Origin: an uncultured Lentimicrobiaceae bacterium
Lineage (GTDB): Bacteria; Bacteroidota; Bacteroidia; Bacteroidales; SKPS01
NCBI GenBank assembly: GCA_964652685.1
Contig: CAZZBS010000002.1
Span: 57,497-121,496, forward strand
Direction: 5' to 3'
DNA length: 64,000 bases
Part shown: piece by piece, positions 20,642 to 32,350 of the stretch
Position numbering within the stretch: the first letter of the stretch is position 1
How the letters are laid out: every line of letters starts with the position of its first letter
Position numbers and translations under genes: made by a program
The notes under the pieces: generated by a model
What the model saw: the letters and a program-made list of their open reading frames with translations, nothing else
Told to the model about the DNA's origin: nothing
Database searches by the model: none

Positions 20642-20899
20642 ATGGAAGAAAGAAAACTGAGAAAAGAGCGTATCGGACTGGTTGTGAGCAACAAAATGGA
20701 GAAGTCCGTCATTGTGCAGATCGACCATCGCGAGAAGCATCCGATCTATGGAAAGTTTGTTAAAAGAAGGTCTCGCTTCGTTGCGCATGACGAAAAGAAC
20801 GAATGCAACATAGGTGATACGGTGCGCATTATGGAAACACGTCCGCTTAGCAAAAACAAGTGTTGGAGATTAGTTGAAATCATTGAAAGAGCAAAATAG
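20642..20899 (+). CDS. rpsQ: 30S ribosomal protein S17
   Basis: Contains [19 protein letters not shown]. Confidence 0.98.
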   Translation: MEERKLRKERIGLVVSNKMEKSVIVQIDHREKHPIYGKFVKRRSRFVAHDEKNECNIGDTVRIMETRPLSKNKCWRLVEIIERAK

Positions 20900-20901
20900 T
20901 T

Positions 20902-21270
20902 ATGATACAGCAGGAATCACGTCTGAAGGTTGCCGATAACAGCGGTGCAAAAGAGGTGCTGTGCATCAGGGTGCTTGGGGGTACCAGGCGCAGGTACGCT
21001 TCGATAGGGGACAAGATCATCGTATCGGTGAAGAATGCAGTCCCTTCGGGAAATATCAAAAAGGGTGCAGTATCCCGTGCAGTCATTGTCCGTACCAGGA
21101 AAGAGGTACGCAGGCCTGACGGCACTTATATCCGTTTTGACGATAACGCTGTGGTGTTGCTGACCAATGCGGATGAGATCAGGGGTACACGTATTTTCGG
21201 CCCTGTGGCAAGGGAACTCAGGGATAAGAAGTTCATGAAGATCGTCTCGTTGGCACCTGAGGTGCTTTAA
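20902..21270 (+). CDS. rplN: 50S ribosomal protein L14
   Basis: Starts [27 protein letters not shown]. Confidence 0.99.
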   Translation: MIQQESRLKVADNSGAKEVLCIRVLGGTRRRYASIGDKIIVSVKNAVPSGNIKKGAVSRAVIVRTRKEVRRPDGTYIRFDDNAVVLLTNADEIRGTRIFGPVARELRDKKFMKIVSLAPEVL

Positions 21271-21286
21271 AATAGGAATTATTATC

Positions 21287-21607
21287 ATGAAGAAGTTGAA
21301 ATTCAAAAAGAACGATACCGTAATGGTGATTGCCGGTGAAAACAAGGGGCAACAGGGAAGGGTTCTGAGGGTCATGGTTGACAAGGAGAGGGCTATTGTT
21401 GAGGGGATCAACCTTGTTTCCAAACATTCAAAGCCATCTACCGCCAACCCTCAGGGAGGCATCGTCAAGCGTGAAGCACCCATCCACCTGTCGAATCTGA
21501 TGTTGGTGGATTCCAAGGGCAACGCTACCCGTGTTGGCAAGCGTACCGATGAGAAGACAGGGAAGATGGTCAGGTATTCTAAAAAATCAGGGGAGGTTAT
21601 CAAGTAA
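21287..21607 (+). CDS. rplX: 50S ribosomal protein L24
   Basis: Contains the KOW motif [21 protein letters not shown]. Confidence 0.98.
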   Translation: MKKLKFKKNDTVMVIAGENKGQQGRVLRVMVDKERAIVEGINLVSKHSKPSTANPQGGIVKREAPIHLSNLMLVDSKGNATRVGKRTDEKTGKMVRYSKKSGEVIK

Positions 21608-22161
21608 TGAGTTACACACCGAGGTTAAAGGAGAGGTTTCTCAGCGAGATCACACCGAAGCTCAAGGAGGAGTTTCAGTATAAGAGCAAGATGCAGGTTC
21701 CGCGACTGGTCAAGATCGTATTGAATCAGGGGGTGGGCGGTGCCATTGCCGATAAGAAACTGCTTGAGTTTGCAGTGGATGAGATGACCCAGATTGCAGG
21801 ACAGAAAGCCGTTCAGACCCGTTCCAAGATCGACATCTCCAATTTCAAACTCAGGAGAGGTATGGCAATCGGGGCAAGGGTTACCTTGCGCGGTGACAGG
21901 ATGTATGAATTTCTCGACAGGTTGATTGCCACAGCTATCCCACGGATCCGCGATTTCCGAGGGATCTCTGACAAGGGATTCGACGGCAGGGGTAATTTCA
22001 CCATGGGAATATCTGAGCAGATCATTTTCCCGGAAATCAACATTGACAAAGTGAATAAAATTACCGGGATGGATATCACCATGGTTACAACAGCCGTCAA
22101 TGACAAAGAGGCATATGCCCTGTTGAGGGAGTTTGGTATTCCGTTCAAAAAAAATATGTAG
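21607..22161 (+). CDS. rplE: 50S ribosomal protein L5
   Basis: Contains [18 protein letters not shown] and shares a TAATG overlap with rplX. Confidence 0.99.
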   Translation: MSYTPRLKERFLSEITPKLKEEFQYKSKMQVPRLVKIVLNQGVGGAIADKKLLEFAVDEMTQIAGQKAVQTRSKIDISNFKLRRGMAIGARVTLRGDRMYEFLDRLIATAIPRIRDFRGISDKGFDGRGNFTMGISEQIIFPEINIDKVNKITGMDITMVTTAVNDKEAYALLREFGIPFKKNM

Positions 22162-22164
22162 AAC

Positions 22165-22434
22165 ATGGCTAAAGAATCAATCAAAGCAAGAGAAAGAAAA
22201 AGGGAGCGGTTGGTTGCTAAATATGCAGCCAAACGTGCTGCACTGAAGGCAACCGATGACCAGGTGGCTTTGCAGAAGTTACCCAGGAACTCCTCGGCGG
22301 TGCGTTTGCATAACCGGTGTTCACTGACAGGCAGGCCCAAAGGATTTATGCGGCAATTCGGTATCTCCAGGATCAATTTCAGGGAAATGGCCCTGAAAGG
22401 ATTGATCCCGGGAGTCAGAAAAGCCAGCTGGTAA
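22165..22434 (+). CDS. rpsN: 30S ribosomal protein S14 (89 aa)
   Basis: Contains [20 protein letters not shown] and ends GVRKASW. Confidence 0.98.
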   Translation: MAKESIKARERKRERLVAKYAAKRAALKATDDQVALQKLPRNSSAVRLHNRCSLTGRPKGFMRQFGISRINFREMALKGLIPGVRKASW

Positions 22435-22467
22435 TGAACAATAATACGTTAAAAATATCCAACAGAG

Positions 22468-22866
22468 ATGACTACTGATCCGATTGCAGATTATTTAACA
22501 AGGATACGGAACGCTGTCAATGCCAACCATCGCATTGTAGAGATTCCGGGTTCCAATACAAAGCGGGAGATGACCAGGATCCTGTTTGACAAAGGTTATA
22601 TCCTCAATTACAAGTTTGTAGATGATAACAAGCAGGGCATCATCAAGATAGCATTGAAATATCATCCCAAGAACAAGGTTCCGGCCATTTCGCAGCTGGA
22701 ACGCGTCAGCAGGCCCGGTCTGCGTCATTATGTTAAAGCGGAGGATATGCCCAGGGTATTGAACGGGCTGGGTGTTGCCATCGTTTCCACGTCGCAGGGC
22801 CTGATGACCGACAAGGAGGCCAGGGCATTGAATGTGGGAGGTGAGGTGCTTTGTTTTATCAGTTAA
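22468..22866 (+). CDS. rpsH: 30S ribosomal protein S8
   Basis: Contains [13 protein letters not shown]. Confidence 0.99.
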   Translation: MTTDPIADYLTRIRNAVNANHRIVEIPGSNTKREMTRILFDKGYILNYKFVDDNKQGIIKIALKYHPKNKVPAISQLERVSRPGLRHYVKAEDMPRVLNGLGVAIVSTSQGLMTDKEARALNVGGEVLCFIS

Positions 22867-22884
22867 TTTTTTGGAGGGAAAACG

Positions 22885-23442
22885 ATGTCACGAATAGGAA
22901 AAAATCCAATCAGGATACCGGAGAAGGTAGAGGTAACCATCACAGGTGATAACATAGTAAAGATAAAAGGGCCCAACGGAGAACTTACACAGCAGGTTGA
23001 CCCGATGATAAAAGTTGCACAGGAGGGGAACCAGATACATCTGACCCGTAAAGGTGATTCAGGGGAGGAGCGCTCCAGGCATGGCTTATACCGTGCTTTG
23101 CTTCAGAACATGGTGACGGGTGTTTCAGAAGGTTTTACCACAAGGCAGGAGTTTGTTGGTGTCGGGTACAAAGTGGAGGTGAAAGGGCAGGTTGTGGAGA
23201 TGTCACTGGGATATTCACATAATGTAATACTTCAGCTTCCTGATGAGATCAGGGCTGAATCGGTCACAGAAAGAGGGAAGCCCCCGGTACTGGTCATGCG
23301 GTCCAATGACAAGCAATTGCTTGGCCAGGTAGCAGCGAAGATACGATCGTTGCGCAAACCGGAGCCTTATAAGTTAAAAGGGATACGTTTCAGTGGTGAA
23401 GAACTGAGGAAGAAAGCGGGCAAGGCAGGTGAAAAGAAATAA
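22885..23442 (+). CDS. rplF: 50S ribosomal protein L6
   Basis: Starts MSRIGKNPIRIPEKVEV. Confidence 0.99.
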   Translation: MSRIGKNPIRIPEKVEVTITGDNIVKIKGPNGELTQQVDPMIKVAQEGNQIHLTRKGDSGEERSRHGLYRALLQNMVTGVSEGFTTRQEFVGVGYKVEVKGQVVEMSLGYSHNVILQLPDEIRAESVTERGKPPVLVMRSNDKQLLGQVAAKIRSLRKPEPYKLKGIRFSGEELRKKAGKAGEKK

Positions 23443-23513
23443 CAGAACACAGTAATAACAAGAGCCCGGGAAAAAGATGCCGGCAGAACCGGAAGGTCTG
23501 ATATGACGGGTAA

Positions 23514-23882
23514 ATGACAAGGAAGATGAAAAACAGGAAAGAGATCAGGAGGTACAAAATCAAAAAGCGGATCCGGAAGCGTATTTCGGGTACCGATGAA
23601 CGGCCAAGGCTCACTGTATTCAGGAGCAACAAACAAATTTACGCCCAGGTGATTGATGACCTGAAGGGGCACACGCTCGTAGCAGCCTCTTCGATGGAGA
23701 AGGGGGTCGCGGAGCAGAAGCTGACCAAGACCGAAATTGCGAAGCTTGTTGGGGTATCGGTAGCGGAGAAGGCAAAAGCAGCCGGGATTGAAATGGTGGT
23801 TTTCGACAGGAATGGTTATTTGTATCACGGAAGGGTCAAAGCATTGGCTGATGGAGCCAGGGAAGCGGGTCTTAAATTTTAA
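23514..23882 (+). CDS. rplR: 50S ribosomal protein L18 (the alternative start at 23526 is equally plausible)
   Basis: Contains [39 protein letters not shown] precedes the ATG at 23526. Confidence 0.95.
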   Translation: MTRKMKNRKEIRRYKIKKRIRKRISGTDERPRLTVFRSNKQIYAQVIDDLKGHTLVAASSMEKGVAEQKLTKTEIAKLVGVSVAEKAKAAGIEMVVFDRNGYLYHGRVKALADGAREAGLKF

Positions 23883-23887
23883 AAGGT

Positions 23888-24406
23888 ATGGCAAACGTGA
23901 ATCTAAAGAAGGTAAAATCCAGCGAGATTGATTTTAAAGACAGGCTGGTCAGCATTCAGCGTGTAACCAAGGTCACCAAGGGGGGCCGGACATTCAGTTT
24001 TTCAGCCATTGTGGTGGTTGGGAATGAGAACGGTGTAGTGGGTTATGGCCTTGGGAAGGCTAAGGAGGTCACATCAGCCATCGCCAAAGGGGTTGATGAT
24101 GCCAAGAAGAACCTGATCAAAGTTCCGGTTCTGAAAGGGACACTGCCCCATGAGCAGATTGGTAAGTACAGTGGTGCCAAGGTATTCATCAAGCCTGCAT
24201 CACCCGGTACAGGGGTTATTGCAGGTGGAGCCATGCGTGCCGTGCTGGAAAGCGTGGGGGTAAAGGATGTACTTGCCAAGAGCAAAGGATCATCCAATCC
24301 GCACAGTGTGGTCAAGGCCACTATCGATGCACTCACCAGACTCAGGGACGCCCGTATGGTAGCACAGATAAGACAGGTGGATGTGCAGAAGGTTTTTAAT
24401 GGTTAA
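23888..24406 (+). CDS. rpsE: 30S ribosomal protein S5
   Basis: Contains [21 protein letters not shown]. Confidence 0.99.
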   Translation: MANVNLKKVKSSEIDFKDRLVSIQRVTKVTKGGRTFSFSAIVVVGNENGVVGYGLGKAKEVTSAIAKGVDDAKKNLIKVPVLKGTLPHEQIGKYSGAKVFIKPASPGTGVIAGGAMRAVLESVGVKDVLAKSKGSSNPHSVVKATIDALTRLRDARMVAQIRQVDVQKVFNG

Positions 24407-24426
24407 GCTTATAATCCAGACAGTAC

Positions 24427-24606
24427 ATGAAAAGGATAAGAATACAGCAGATCAGGAGCGGCATTGGTCGTCCGGTGCGTCAGAAGAAGACACTGGAAGC
24501 ATTGGGGCTCCGCAGGATGCACCAGGTTGTGGAACATGATGCCACCCCACAGATCCTGGGTATGGTCAACAAGATCCAGCATCTTGTGAAATGGGAAGAA
24601 ATTTAA
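24427..24606 (+). CDS. rpmD: 50S ribosomal protein L30 (59 aa, below the ORF-track cutoff)
   Basis: Manual translation gives MKRIRIQQIRSGIGRPVRQKKTLEALGLRRMHQVVEHDATPQILGMVNKIQHLVKWEEI. It sits between rpsE and rplO. Confidence 0.95.
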   Translation: MKRIRIQQIRSGIGRPVRQKKTLEALGLRRMHQVVEHDATPQILGMVNKIQHLVKWEEI

Positions 24607-24628
24607 TGATAATCTTTTAAGATATTGA

Positions 24629-25078
24629 ATGATGGATCTTAGCAATCTCAAACCTGCAGAAGGTTCAGTAAAAAAGGAAAAACGGATCGGCCGGGGCCAG
24701 GGCTCAGGCAAGGGCGGAACCTCCACGCGCGGTCATAAAGGGGCCAAATCACGTTCGGGTTTTAAAACAAAGATGGGTTTCGAAGGTGGTCAGATGCCAC
24801 TGTACCGCCGGATCCCGAAATTCGGTTTTAAAAACATCAACCGCGTGGAATATCATGGTATAAACATCGATACCATCCAGGCACTTGCACAACAGTACAA
24901 CCTGACGGAAGTGGATGTCCATGCCCTTATTGAGCATGGCCTGGCAGGCAAGGGCGACCGCATTAAGGTGCTGGGCAGGGGTAAGCTTACTACCCGGCTT
25001 GACGTTAAAGCACATGCCTTTTCAGCCTCAGCTGTCAAAGCAATCGAAGAGCAAGGTGGTGTTGCAACAATCATATAA
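24629..25078 (+). CDS. rplO: 50S ribosomal protein L15
   Basis: Contains LSNLKPAEGS and GRGQGSGKGGTSTRGHKG. Confidence 0.98.
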   Translation: MMDLSNLKPAEGSVKKEKRIGRGQGSGKGGTSTRGHKGAKSRSGFKTKMGFEGGQMPLYRRIPKFGFKNINRVEYHGINIDTIQALAQQYNLTEVDVHALIEHGLAGKGDRIKVLGRGKLTTRLDVKAHAFSASAVKAIEEQGGVATII

Positions 25079-25086
25079 TATTCATA

Positions 25087-26448
25087 ATGAAACGATTTAT
25101 CCAGACCCTTCGGAATATTTACAAGATTGAAGATCTCAGAAAAAGGATCCTGTACACCCTTGGTATCATCCTCATTTACAGGGTTGGCTCCTATATTGTG
25201 CTACCAGGCATCAATCCATCCGGATTGGCTGACCTGCAACGCCAGGCTGACTCCGGGCTCATGGGATTGATCAACATGTTTTCAGGAGGGGCTTTTTCAA
25301 ATGCATCCGTTTTCGCACTGGGGATCATGCCCTATATCTCCGCATCTATCGTGGTGCAGCTGCTGGGGATGGCGATACCTTATTTCCAGAAACTGCAGCG
25401 TGAAGGAGAGAGCGGCCGAAAGAAGATCAACCAGATCACAAGGTACCTTACGGTGATCATCCTGATCTTCCAGTCTCCAGCCTACATAAGGAATGTTGTC
25501 AGAACCATACGCCCTGAAAATATCTATCCTTTCGATCCGCTGGGGAGCCCGGGTGTCTTTTCCGCATTTGGCCTTTCGTCGCTGCTGATCCTCACCGCGG
25601 GTTCCATGTTTATTATGTGGCTCGGTGAACGGATCACAGACAAAGGCATCGGGAACGGCATCTCACTGCTGATCATGGTAGGGATCATTGCCCGCCTGCC
25701 GTTTGCACTTGTGGCTGAATTTGCCAGCCGTATGGAAAGCCAGGGTGGTGGCCTCGTGATCTTCCTGGTTGAAATGGTGGTGCTCATCGTGGTGATCCTG
25801 ATCTGTATCCTTCTTGTGCAGGGAACACGAAGGGTCCCTGTACAGTTCGCGAAACGCATCGTCGGGAACAAACAATACGGAGGTGTACGCCAGTATGTCC
25901 CCCTGAAAGTGAATGCTGCAGGTGTGATGCCCATCATTTTTGCGCAGGCCATTATGTTCCTGCCGATCACGCTGGTGGGTTTTTCCAACTCCGAAAGCCT
26001 TTCAGGTTTTGCCCGTGCATTTTCCAACTACCACGGATTCTGGTATAACCTTGTGTTTGCCCTGCTGATCGTTGCTTTTACCTATTTTTATACAGCCATC
26101 ACCATCAATCCTACCCAGATGGCCGATGACATGAAAAAGAACGGTGGTTTTATTCCCGGCATAAAACCCGGGAAGAAGACAGCGCAATACCTGGATGGGA
26201 TCCTGTCGAAGATTACATTGCCCGGCTCGGTATTTCTGGCGTTCGTCGCCATTCTGCCGGCCATCGTCAGCCTGGGAGGTGTCAATTCACAGTTTGCCCA
26301 GTTCTATGGTGGCACCTCACTGCTCATTATGGTGGGAGTTATCCTCGATACCCTGCAGCAGATTGAGAGTCATTTGATGATGCGGCATTATGACGGATTG
26401 ACGAAATCGGGAAGGATAAAAGGAAGATCCGGAAGTTTCTCCGGATAA
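25087..26448 (+). CDS. secY: Preprotein translocase subunit SecY
   Basis: A 453-aa protein with 10 predicted TM segments that contains FALGIMPYISASIVVQLL. It occupies the spc-operon position. Confidence 0.98.
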   Translation: MKRFIQTLRNIYKIEDLRKRILYTLGIILIYRVGSYIVLPGINPSGLADLQRQADSGLMGLINMFSGGAFSNASVFALGIMPYISASIVVQLLGMAIPYFQKLQREGESGRKKINQITRYLTVIILIFQSPAYIRNVVRTIRPENIYPFDPLGSPGVFSAFGLSSLLILTAGSMFIMWLGERITDKGIGNGISLLIMVGIIARLPFALVAEFASRMESQGGGLVIFLVEMVVLIVVILICILLVQGTRRVPVQFAKRIVGNKQYGGVRQYVPLKVNAAGVMPIIFAQAIMFLPITLVGFSNSESLSGFARAFSNYHGFWYNLVFALLIVAFTYFYTAITINPTQMADDMKKNGGFIPGIKPGKKTAQYLDGILSKITLPGSVFLAFVAILPAIVSLGGVNSQFAQFYGGTSLLIMVGVILDTLQQIESHLMMRHYDGLTKSGRIKGRSGSFSG

Positions 26449-26463
26449 CGATCTTGTTCGGAT

Positions 26464-27255
26464 ATGTTTGAAAGAATACAGATAAAGACAGACGAACAGA
26501 TTGAACTGATACGTAAAAGTTCTTTACTTGTTGGTAAGACCCTTGCAGAGGTAGCCAGGTGGCTTGAACCGGGAATTGAAACAGCCAGGCTGGATCAGGT
26601 GGCGGAAACGTTTATCCTTGATCATGGTGCCAGACCGGGATTCAAAGGTTACAACGGATTTCCTGCCACGCTGTGTGTTTCTGTGAACGAAGAGGTGGTG
26701 CATGGTATCCCCGGAAGGCGGATCATCAAAGAGGGGGATGTAGTGTCGGTTGATTGTGGGGTAATCCTGAATGGTTATTACGGTGATTCTGCCTTTACTT
26801 TTGCCATCGGAGAAGTGCATCCCAGGGTGGCTGAACTGCTGGCTGTTACCAGGGAATCGCTTCAATTGGGCATCGGTGCGGCTATCGCAGGCAACAGGCT
26901 GGGAGATATCGGCCATGCGGTGCAGAGTTATGTGGAAGGATTCGGATTCAGTGTGGTAAGGGAACTGGTAGGGCATGGCATAGGCAAAAAGCTGCATGAA
27001 AAGCCCGAGGTGATGAATTACGGCCGCAGAGGCACCGGTACCAAACTCCAGAACGGACTGGTAATCTGCATAGAGCCGATGATCAATCTGGGCACCAGGT
27101 CTATCCGCCAGGATACGGATGGATGGACCATCAGGACAGCCGACGGAATGCCTTCAGCCCACTTTGAACATGCTGTGGCAGTCCGGAAGGATAGGGCGGA
27201 GGTCTTGTCAACATTTGATTATATTGAAGAGGTACTTGAACAAAAAAAGAGATAG
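26464..27255 (+). CDS. map: Type I methionine aminopeptidase
   Basis: A 263-aa protein with pita-bread fold blocks ([27 protein letters not shown]). Confidence 0.96.
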   Translation: MFERIQIKTDEQIELIRKSSLLVGKTLAEVARWLEPGIETARLDQVAETFILDHGARPGFKGYNGFPATLCVSVNEEVVHGIPGRRIIKEGDVVSVDCGVILNGYYGDSAFTFAIGEVHPRVAELLAVTRESLQLGIGAAIAGNRLGDIGHAVQSYVEGFGFSVVRELVGHGIGKKLHEKPEVMNYGRRGTGTKLQNGLVICIEPMINLGTRSIRQDTDGWTIRTADGMPSAHFEHAVAVRKDRAEVLSTFDYIEEVLEQKKR

Positions 27256-27259
27256 TCGT

Positions 27260-27478
27260 ATGGCGAAACAGAAATCAATAGAACTGGACGGAACAGTGAT
27301 CGAATCACTGGGCAATGCCATGTTCCGGGTTGAACTGGAGAACGGCCATGTGATAACCGCACACATCTCAGGCAAAATGCGGATGCATTACATCAGGATT
27401 TTACCCGGTGACCGTGTCAAACTCGAAATGTCACCCTACGACCTTACCAAGGGAAGAATAACTTACAGATATAAGTAA
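27260..27478 (+). CDS. infA: Translation initiation factor IF-1
   Basis: [72 protein letters not shown] (72 aa). The ORF-track entry 27119..27478 is an upstream over-extension into map. Confidence 0.97.
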   Translation: MAKQKSIELDGTVIESLGNAMFRVELENGHVITAHISGKMRMHYIRILPGDRVKLEMSPYDLTKGRITYRYK

Positions 27479-27495
27479 CATAAACGACCATTGAA

Positions 27496-27612
27496 ATGAA
27501 GATCAGAGCTTCAGTGAAAAAACGTACGCCCGAGGATAAAATCGTGAGGCGAAAGGGCAGGATTTACGTCATCAATAAAAAGAATCCCAAATACAAACAG
27601 CGTCAGGGCTGA
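27496..27612 (+). CDS. rpmJ: 50S ribosomal protein L36 (38 aa, below the ORF-track cutoff)
   Basis: Manual translation gives [38 protein letters not shown]. Confidence 0.95.
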   Translation: MKIRASVKKRTPEDKIVRRKGRIYVINKKNPKYKQRQG

Positions 27613-27645
27613 TAACAGGATTGAAAACAATCAAAAGATCAATAT

Positions 27646-28026
27646 ATGGCAAGGATAGCTGGTATTGACATACCAAAAAACAAGCGTGGGGAAGTATCCC
27701 TTACTTACATCTATGGCATTGGCCGCAGTACCTCCAATCAGATACTGAAGGCCGTGAACATTGACCGGGACAAGAAGGTTCAGGATTGGACCGATGAAGA
27801 GCAGAACCTGATTCGTGCCTACATCAATGAACACCTGAAGATAGAAGGCGCTCTTCGTTCAGAGGTTCAGATGAACATCAAACGGTTGATGGACATTGGT
27901 TCATACCGCGGTATCCGGCACAGGATCGGTTTACCGGTACGTGGTCAGAGTACCAAGAACAACGCCCGTACCCGTAAGGGCAGGAAGAAGACGGTGGCAA
28001 ACAAGAAAAAGGCTGCCAAAGGTTAA
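27646..28026 (+). CDS. rpsM: 30S ribosomal protein S13
   Basis: Starts [14 protein letters not shown]. Confidence 0.99.
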   Translation: MARIAGIDIPKNKRGEVSLTYIYGIGRSTSNQILKAVNIDRDKKVQDWTDEEQNLIRAYINEHLKIEGALRSEVQMNIKRLMDIGSYRGIRHRIGLPVRGQSTKNNARTRKGRKKTVANKKKAAKG

Positions 28027-28064
28027 TAGTTGAATCAACAATCAGAAGGAATAATTAAAATACC

Positions 28065-28454
28065 ATGGCGAAAAACACACGAAGCACCAAGAAACGTGTA
28101 GTAAAGGTTGATCCTGTTGGTAAGGCATTCATTCAGGCCTCATTCAACAACATCATCATTTCCTTGACCAATGATGCAGGACAGGTAATATCCTGGTCAT
28201 CTGCCGGTAAGATGGGATTCAGGGGTTCGAAGAAGAACACGCCTTACGCAGCGCAGATGGCTGCACAGGATGCATCCAAGACAGCATTCGATGCAGGCCT
28301 TCGTAAAGTGAAGGTGTATGTCAAGGGCCCCGGATCGGGACGTGAGTCTGCCATCCGGACCATCCATTCAGCGGGCATTGAGGTGACAGAGATCACTGAC
28401 ATCACCCCTTTACCACACAACGGCTGCAGACCACCTAAACGCAGAAGGGTATAA
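28065..28454 (+). CDS. rpsK: 30S ribosomal protein S11
   Basis: Contains [12 protein letters not shown] and [13 protein letters not shown]. Confidence 0.99.
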   Translation: MAKNTRSTKKRVVKVDPVGKAFIQASFNNIIISLTNDAGQVISWSSAGKMGFRGSKKNTPYAAQMAAQDASKTAFDAGLRKVKVYVKGPGSGRESAIRTIHSAGIEVTEITDITPLPHNGCRPPKRRRV

Positions 28455-28500
28455 CCCGGCAGTAAATGTTTCAATCAAACAGAAAAATAACGATATCATT

Positions 28501-29106
28501 ATGGCAAGATACACAGGCCCACAGACCAAGATAGCCAGGAAATTCGGCGAGCCCATCTTCGGTGCCGACCGACACTTTGAAAAGAAAAAGTACCCGCCGG
28601 GTCAACATGGCGCCAACAAGCGCAGGAGAAAAATGTCGGAATACGGACTCCAGCTTCAGGAAAAACAGAAAGCCAAATACACCTATGGCATCCTGGAGCG
28701 TCAGTTCAGGAACATCTTCAAGAAAGCCAGCAGCAAAAGCGGGATTACCGGCGAGGTGTTGCTGCAACTTTGTGAGATGCGCCTTGACAACCTGGTATAT
28801 CGGATGGGTATAGCCCCGTCACGCCGGGCAGCCCGTCAGCTCGTCACCCACAAGCATATCCTGGTGAACGGGGAACCAATGAATATCCCCAGCCACGAAG
28901 CAAGAGTGCATGATATCATCAGCGTCAGGGAAAAATCAAAATCCCTTGAGGTCATCACTGACTCCCTGGCAGGAAGAGCCCATAAGTATGGCTGGATCGA
29001 ATGGGACGAATCCCTGAAAGCCGGGAAAGTGATCTCGATGCCCACCAGGGAGGAAATACCCGAAAACATCAGGGAACAGCTTATCGTTGAGCTTTATTCC
29101 AAATAA
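28501..29106 (+). CDS. rpsD: 30S ribosomal protein S4
   Basis: Starts [20 protein letters not shown]. Confidence 0.99.
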   Translation: MARYTGPQTKIARKFGEPIFGADRHFEKKKYPPGQHGANKRRRKMSEYGLQLQEKQKAKYTYGILERQFRNIFKKASSKSGITGEVLLQLCEMRLDNLVYRMGIAPSRRAARQLVTHKHILVNGEPMNIPSHEARVHDIISVREKSKSLEVITDSLAGRAHKYGWIEWDESLKAGKVISMPTREEIPENIREQLIVELYSK

Positions 29107-29160
29107 TCCACAGTCATCTGAGAGTTCATAGAGTGTTAACTTAATATAGGATCTGAATAC

Positions 29161-30153
29161 ATGGCATTATTAGCTTTTCAGAAACCAGACAAGGTGATCA
29201 TGCAGGAAGAAACCCCTTTCTTTGGGAAGTTTGAGTTTCGCCCGCTTGAACCGGGATACGGCATCACCATCGGCAATGCACTGAGAAGGATTCTTTTATC
29301 ATCCCTCGAGGGCTATGCCATCACCTCCATCCGCATCGAAGGGGTAGAACAGGAGTTCTCCACCCTCAAGGGTGTGGTGGAAGATGTTGTGGAAATCGTG
29401 TTGAATCTAAAGCAAGTGCGGTTCAAACAACAGATTGAAGACATCACAACAGAAAAAGTGAACCTTTCCATTACCGGACAGGATACCTTTAAAGCGGGAG
29501 ATATGAACCGTTTTCTGAGCAGTTTCCAGGTTTTGAATCCCGAACTGGTGATCTGTCGGATGGAGCCATCCATTACGATCAATATGGAGTTTACCATTGA
29601 AAGGGGTAGAGGATATGTTCCGGCAGAAGAGAACAAACCCATCAATGCTCCCCTGGGTACGATTGCCATGGATGCGATCTTTACACCGATAAAAAACGTG
29701 AAGTACGTGGTTGAGAATTTCCGGGTTGAGCAGAAAACCGACTACGAAAAACTGGTGATGGAAATCACGACCGACGGTTCGGTCTATCCCAAAGATGCTC
29801 TTAAAGAGGCAGCAAGGATCCTGATCCATCATTTCCTCCTTTTCTCTGATGAAAAAATCACCATTGATTACGAGGAAAAAATACCGGCTGAGGAGTTTGA
29901 TGAATCGTCACTTCACATGAGGCAACTGCTGAAAACCAAACTTGTTGACATGGACCTCTCGGTGAGGGCACTCAATTGCCTGAAGGCAGCTGAAGTGGAG
30001 ACATTGGGAGAATTGGTCAGGTACAACCGTAACGACCTGCTGAAATTCAGGAATTTCGGTAAGAAATCCCTTACCGAACTCGACGAGCTCATCAAGTCAA
30101 AGAACCTCACCTTTGGGATGAACGTTGATAAATACAAACTGGACAAGGAATAG
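29161..30153 (+). CDS. rpoA: DNA-directed RNA polymerase subunit alpha
   Basis: A 330-aa protein containing [14 protein letters not shown] and a C-terminal domain with [21 protein letters not shown]. Confidence 0.99.
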   Translation: MALLAFQKPDKVIMQEETPFFGKFEFRPLEPGYGITIGNALRRILLSSLEGYAITSIRIEGVEQEFSTLKGVVEDVVEIVLNLKQVRFKQQIEDITTEKVNLSITGQDTFKAGDMNRFLSSFQVLNPELVICRMEPSITINMEFTIERGRGYVPAEENKPINAPLGTIAMDAIFTPIKNVKYVVENFRVEQKTDYEKLVMEITTDGSVYPKDALKEAARILIHHFLLFSDEKITIDYEEKIPAEEFDESSLHMRQLLKTKLVDMDLSVRALNCLKAAEVETLGELVRYNRNDLLKFRNFGKKSLTELDELIKSKNLTFGMNVDKYKLDKE

Positions 30154-30184
30154 AAATAGAACAGAACAGGAAAAAAATTTTGAA

Positions 30185-30874
30185 ATGAGACACCGCAAAG
30201 CAATAAACCACCTGAGCCGAACCAGCTCACATAGAAAAGTTATGTTGTCGAACATGGCTTCGTCCCTTATCATCCATAAGCGTATCAGGACTACCCTTGC
30301 TAAAGCCAGGGTGCTCCGGGAGTATGTTGAACCGTTAATCACCCGCTCGAAAGAGGATACAACAAACAACCGCAGGGAGGTATTCAGCTATCTGCAGGAT
30401 AACAAGGCTGTGACGGAACTTTTCAGGGTGGTCTCACAGAAGGTAGCCGACAGGCCGGGAGGATATACCCGTATCCTGAAACTGGAAAACCGCCTCGGTG
30501 ATAATGCCCAGATGTGTTATATCGAACTTGTTGATTTTAACGAATTGTACACCAAGGGTGAAGTCTTGAAGAAGGGGGCAAAACGGACCAGGCGTGGCGG
30601 TAAAAAGGCTGAACCTGTAGCTGCAGTGAAAAAGGCCGCAGCCGTTGCAGTACCGAAGAAAGATAAAGCAGTTGAAGAGGAACCACTGGCAGAAATGACA
30701 CAGGAGCAAGAAGTAGAGGTGGATGAAGAGACTATTGCTGAAGTGGTCGGAGAACATGTTGAAGGAGTTGAAGACGAACCGGTTGCAGCAGCTGAGGAAG
30801 GAACCATGGAACCGCCCGAAGAAGGCACCACCGGCGAAGATACCCCTGAAGAGAAGAATGATAAACAAGGATAA
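30185..30874 (+). CDS. rplQ: 50S ribosomal protein L17 with a roughly 110-aa basic-then-acidic low-complexity C-terminal extension
   Basis: The conserved start is [25 protein letters not shown] at 30185. The ORF-track start at 30125 is an over-extension overlapping rpoA. The tail runs [16 protein letters not shown]...[26 protein letters not shown]. Confidence 0.96.
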   Translation: MRHRKAINHLSRTSSHRKVMLSNMASSLIIHKRIRTTLAKARVLREYVEPLITRSKEDTTNNRREVFSYLQDNKAVTELFRVVSQKVADRPGGYTRILKLENRLGDNAQMCYIELVDFNELYTKGEVLKKGAKRTRRGGKKAEPVAAVKKAAAVAVPKKDKAVEEEPLAEMTQEQEVEVDEETIAEVVGEHVEGVEDEPVAAAEEGTMEPPEEGTTGEDTPEEKNDKQG

Positions 30875-30906
30875 GGAAAGAATCCTTGAACCGATCATAC
30901 CAAATA

Positions 30907-30941
30907 GGGGCAAGGCTGCATGTACCTTGTCCCTTTTTTTT
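30907..30941 (+). terminator. Rho-independent terminator closing the ribosomal superoperon
   Basis: The stem pairs GGGGCAAGG (30907..30915) with CCTTGTCCC (30925..30933): 9 bp including one G-T wobble, with a 9-nt loop. A T8 run follows at 30934..30941. Confidence 0.85.
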
Positions 30942-30959
30942 ACCTGCATGTCAAACTAA

Positions 30960-32261
<1,302 letters not shown>

Positions 32262-32350
32262 TTAATCCTCCTGAGACATTTATCTTCAGCAAGACGTATA
32301 TATCGGGGATTTAAGTTCCGGACAGGTGTATACCAGTCAAAACAAGCTTT

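Noticed and set aside
27119-27259. An upstream extension of infA in the ORF track (and, similarly, 30125..30184 for rplQ, 15627..15650 for rpsJ, 44249..44347 and 55128..55259 for the exported proteins).
   Set aside because: These extensions overlap the preceding genes or lack protein-like sequence. The canonical conserved N-termini or signal peptides begin at the internal start codons.
12619-30874. Absence of tuf (after fusA) and adk (after secY) as a deletion or rearrangement.
   Set aside because: As far as I recall, this is the usual arrangement in Bacteroidota, where tuf sits with the secE-nusG cluster elsewhere. The junctions are clean (20-nt and 15-nt gaps) with no scars.
30434-30949. 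Minus-strand ORFs of 171 aa and 104 aa antisense to the rplQ tail.
   Set aside because: They are the mirror image of the low-complexity GAA/GAG-rich coding sequence of the L17 acidic tail and run through the operon terminator. They are not credible genes.
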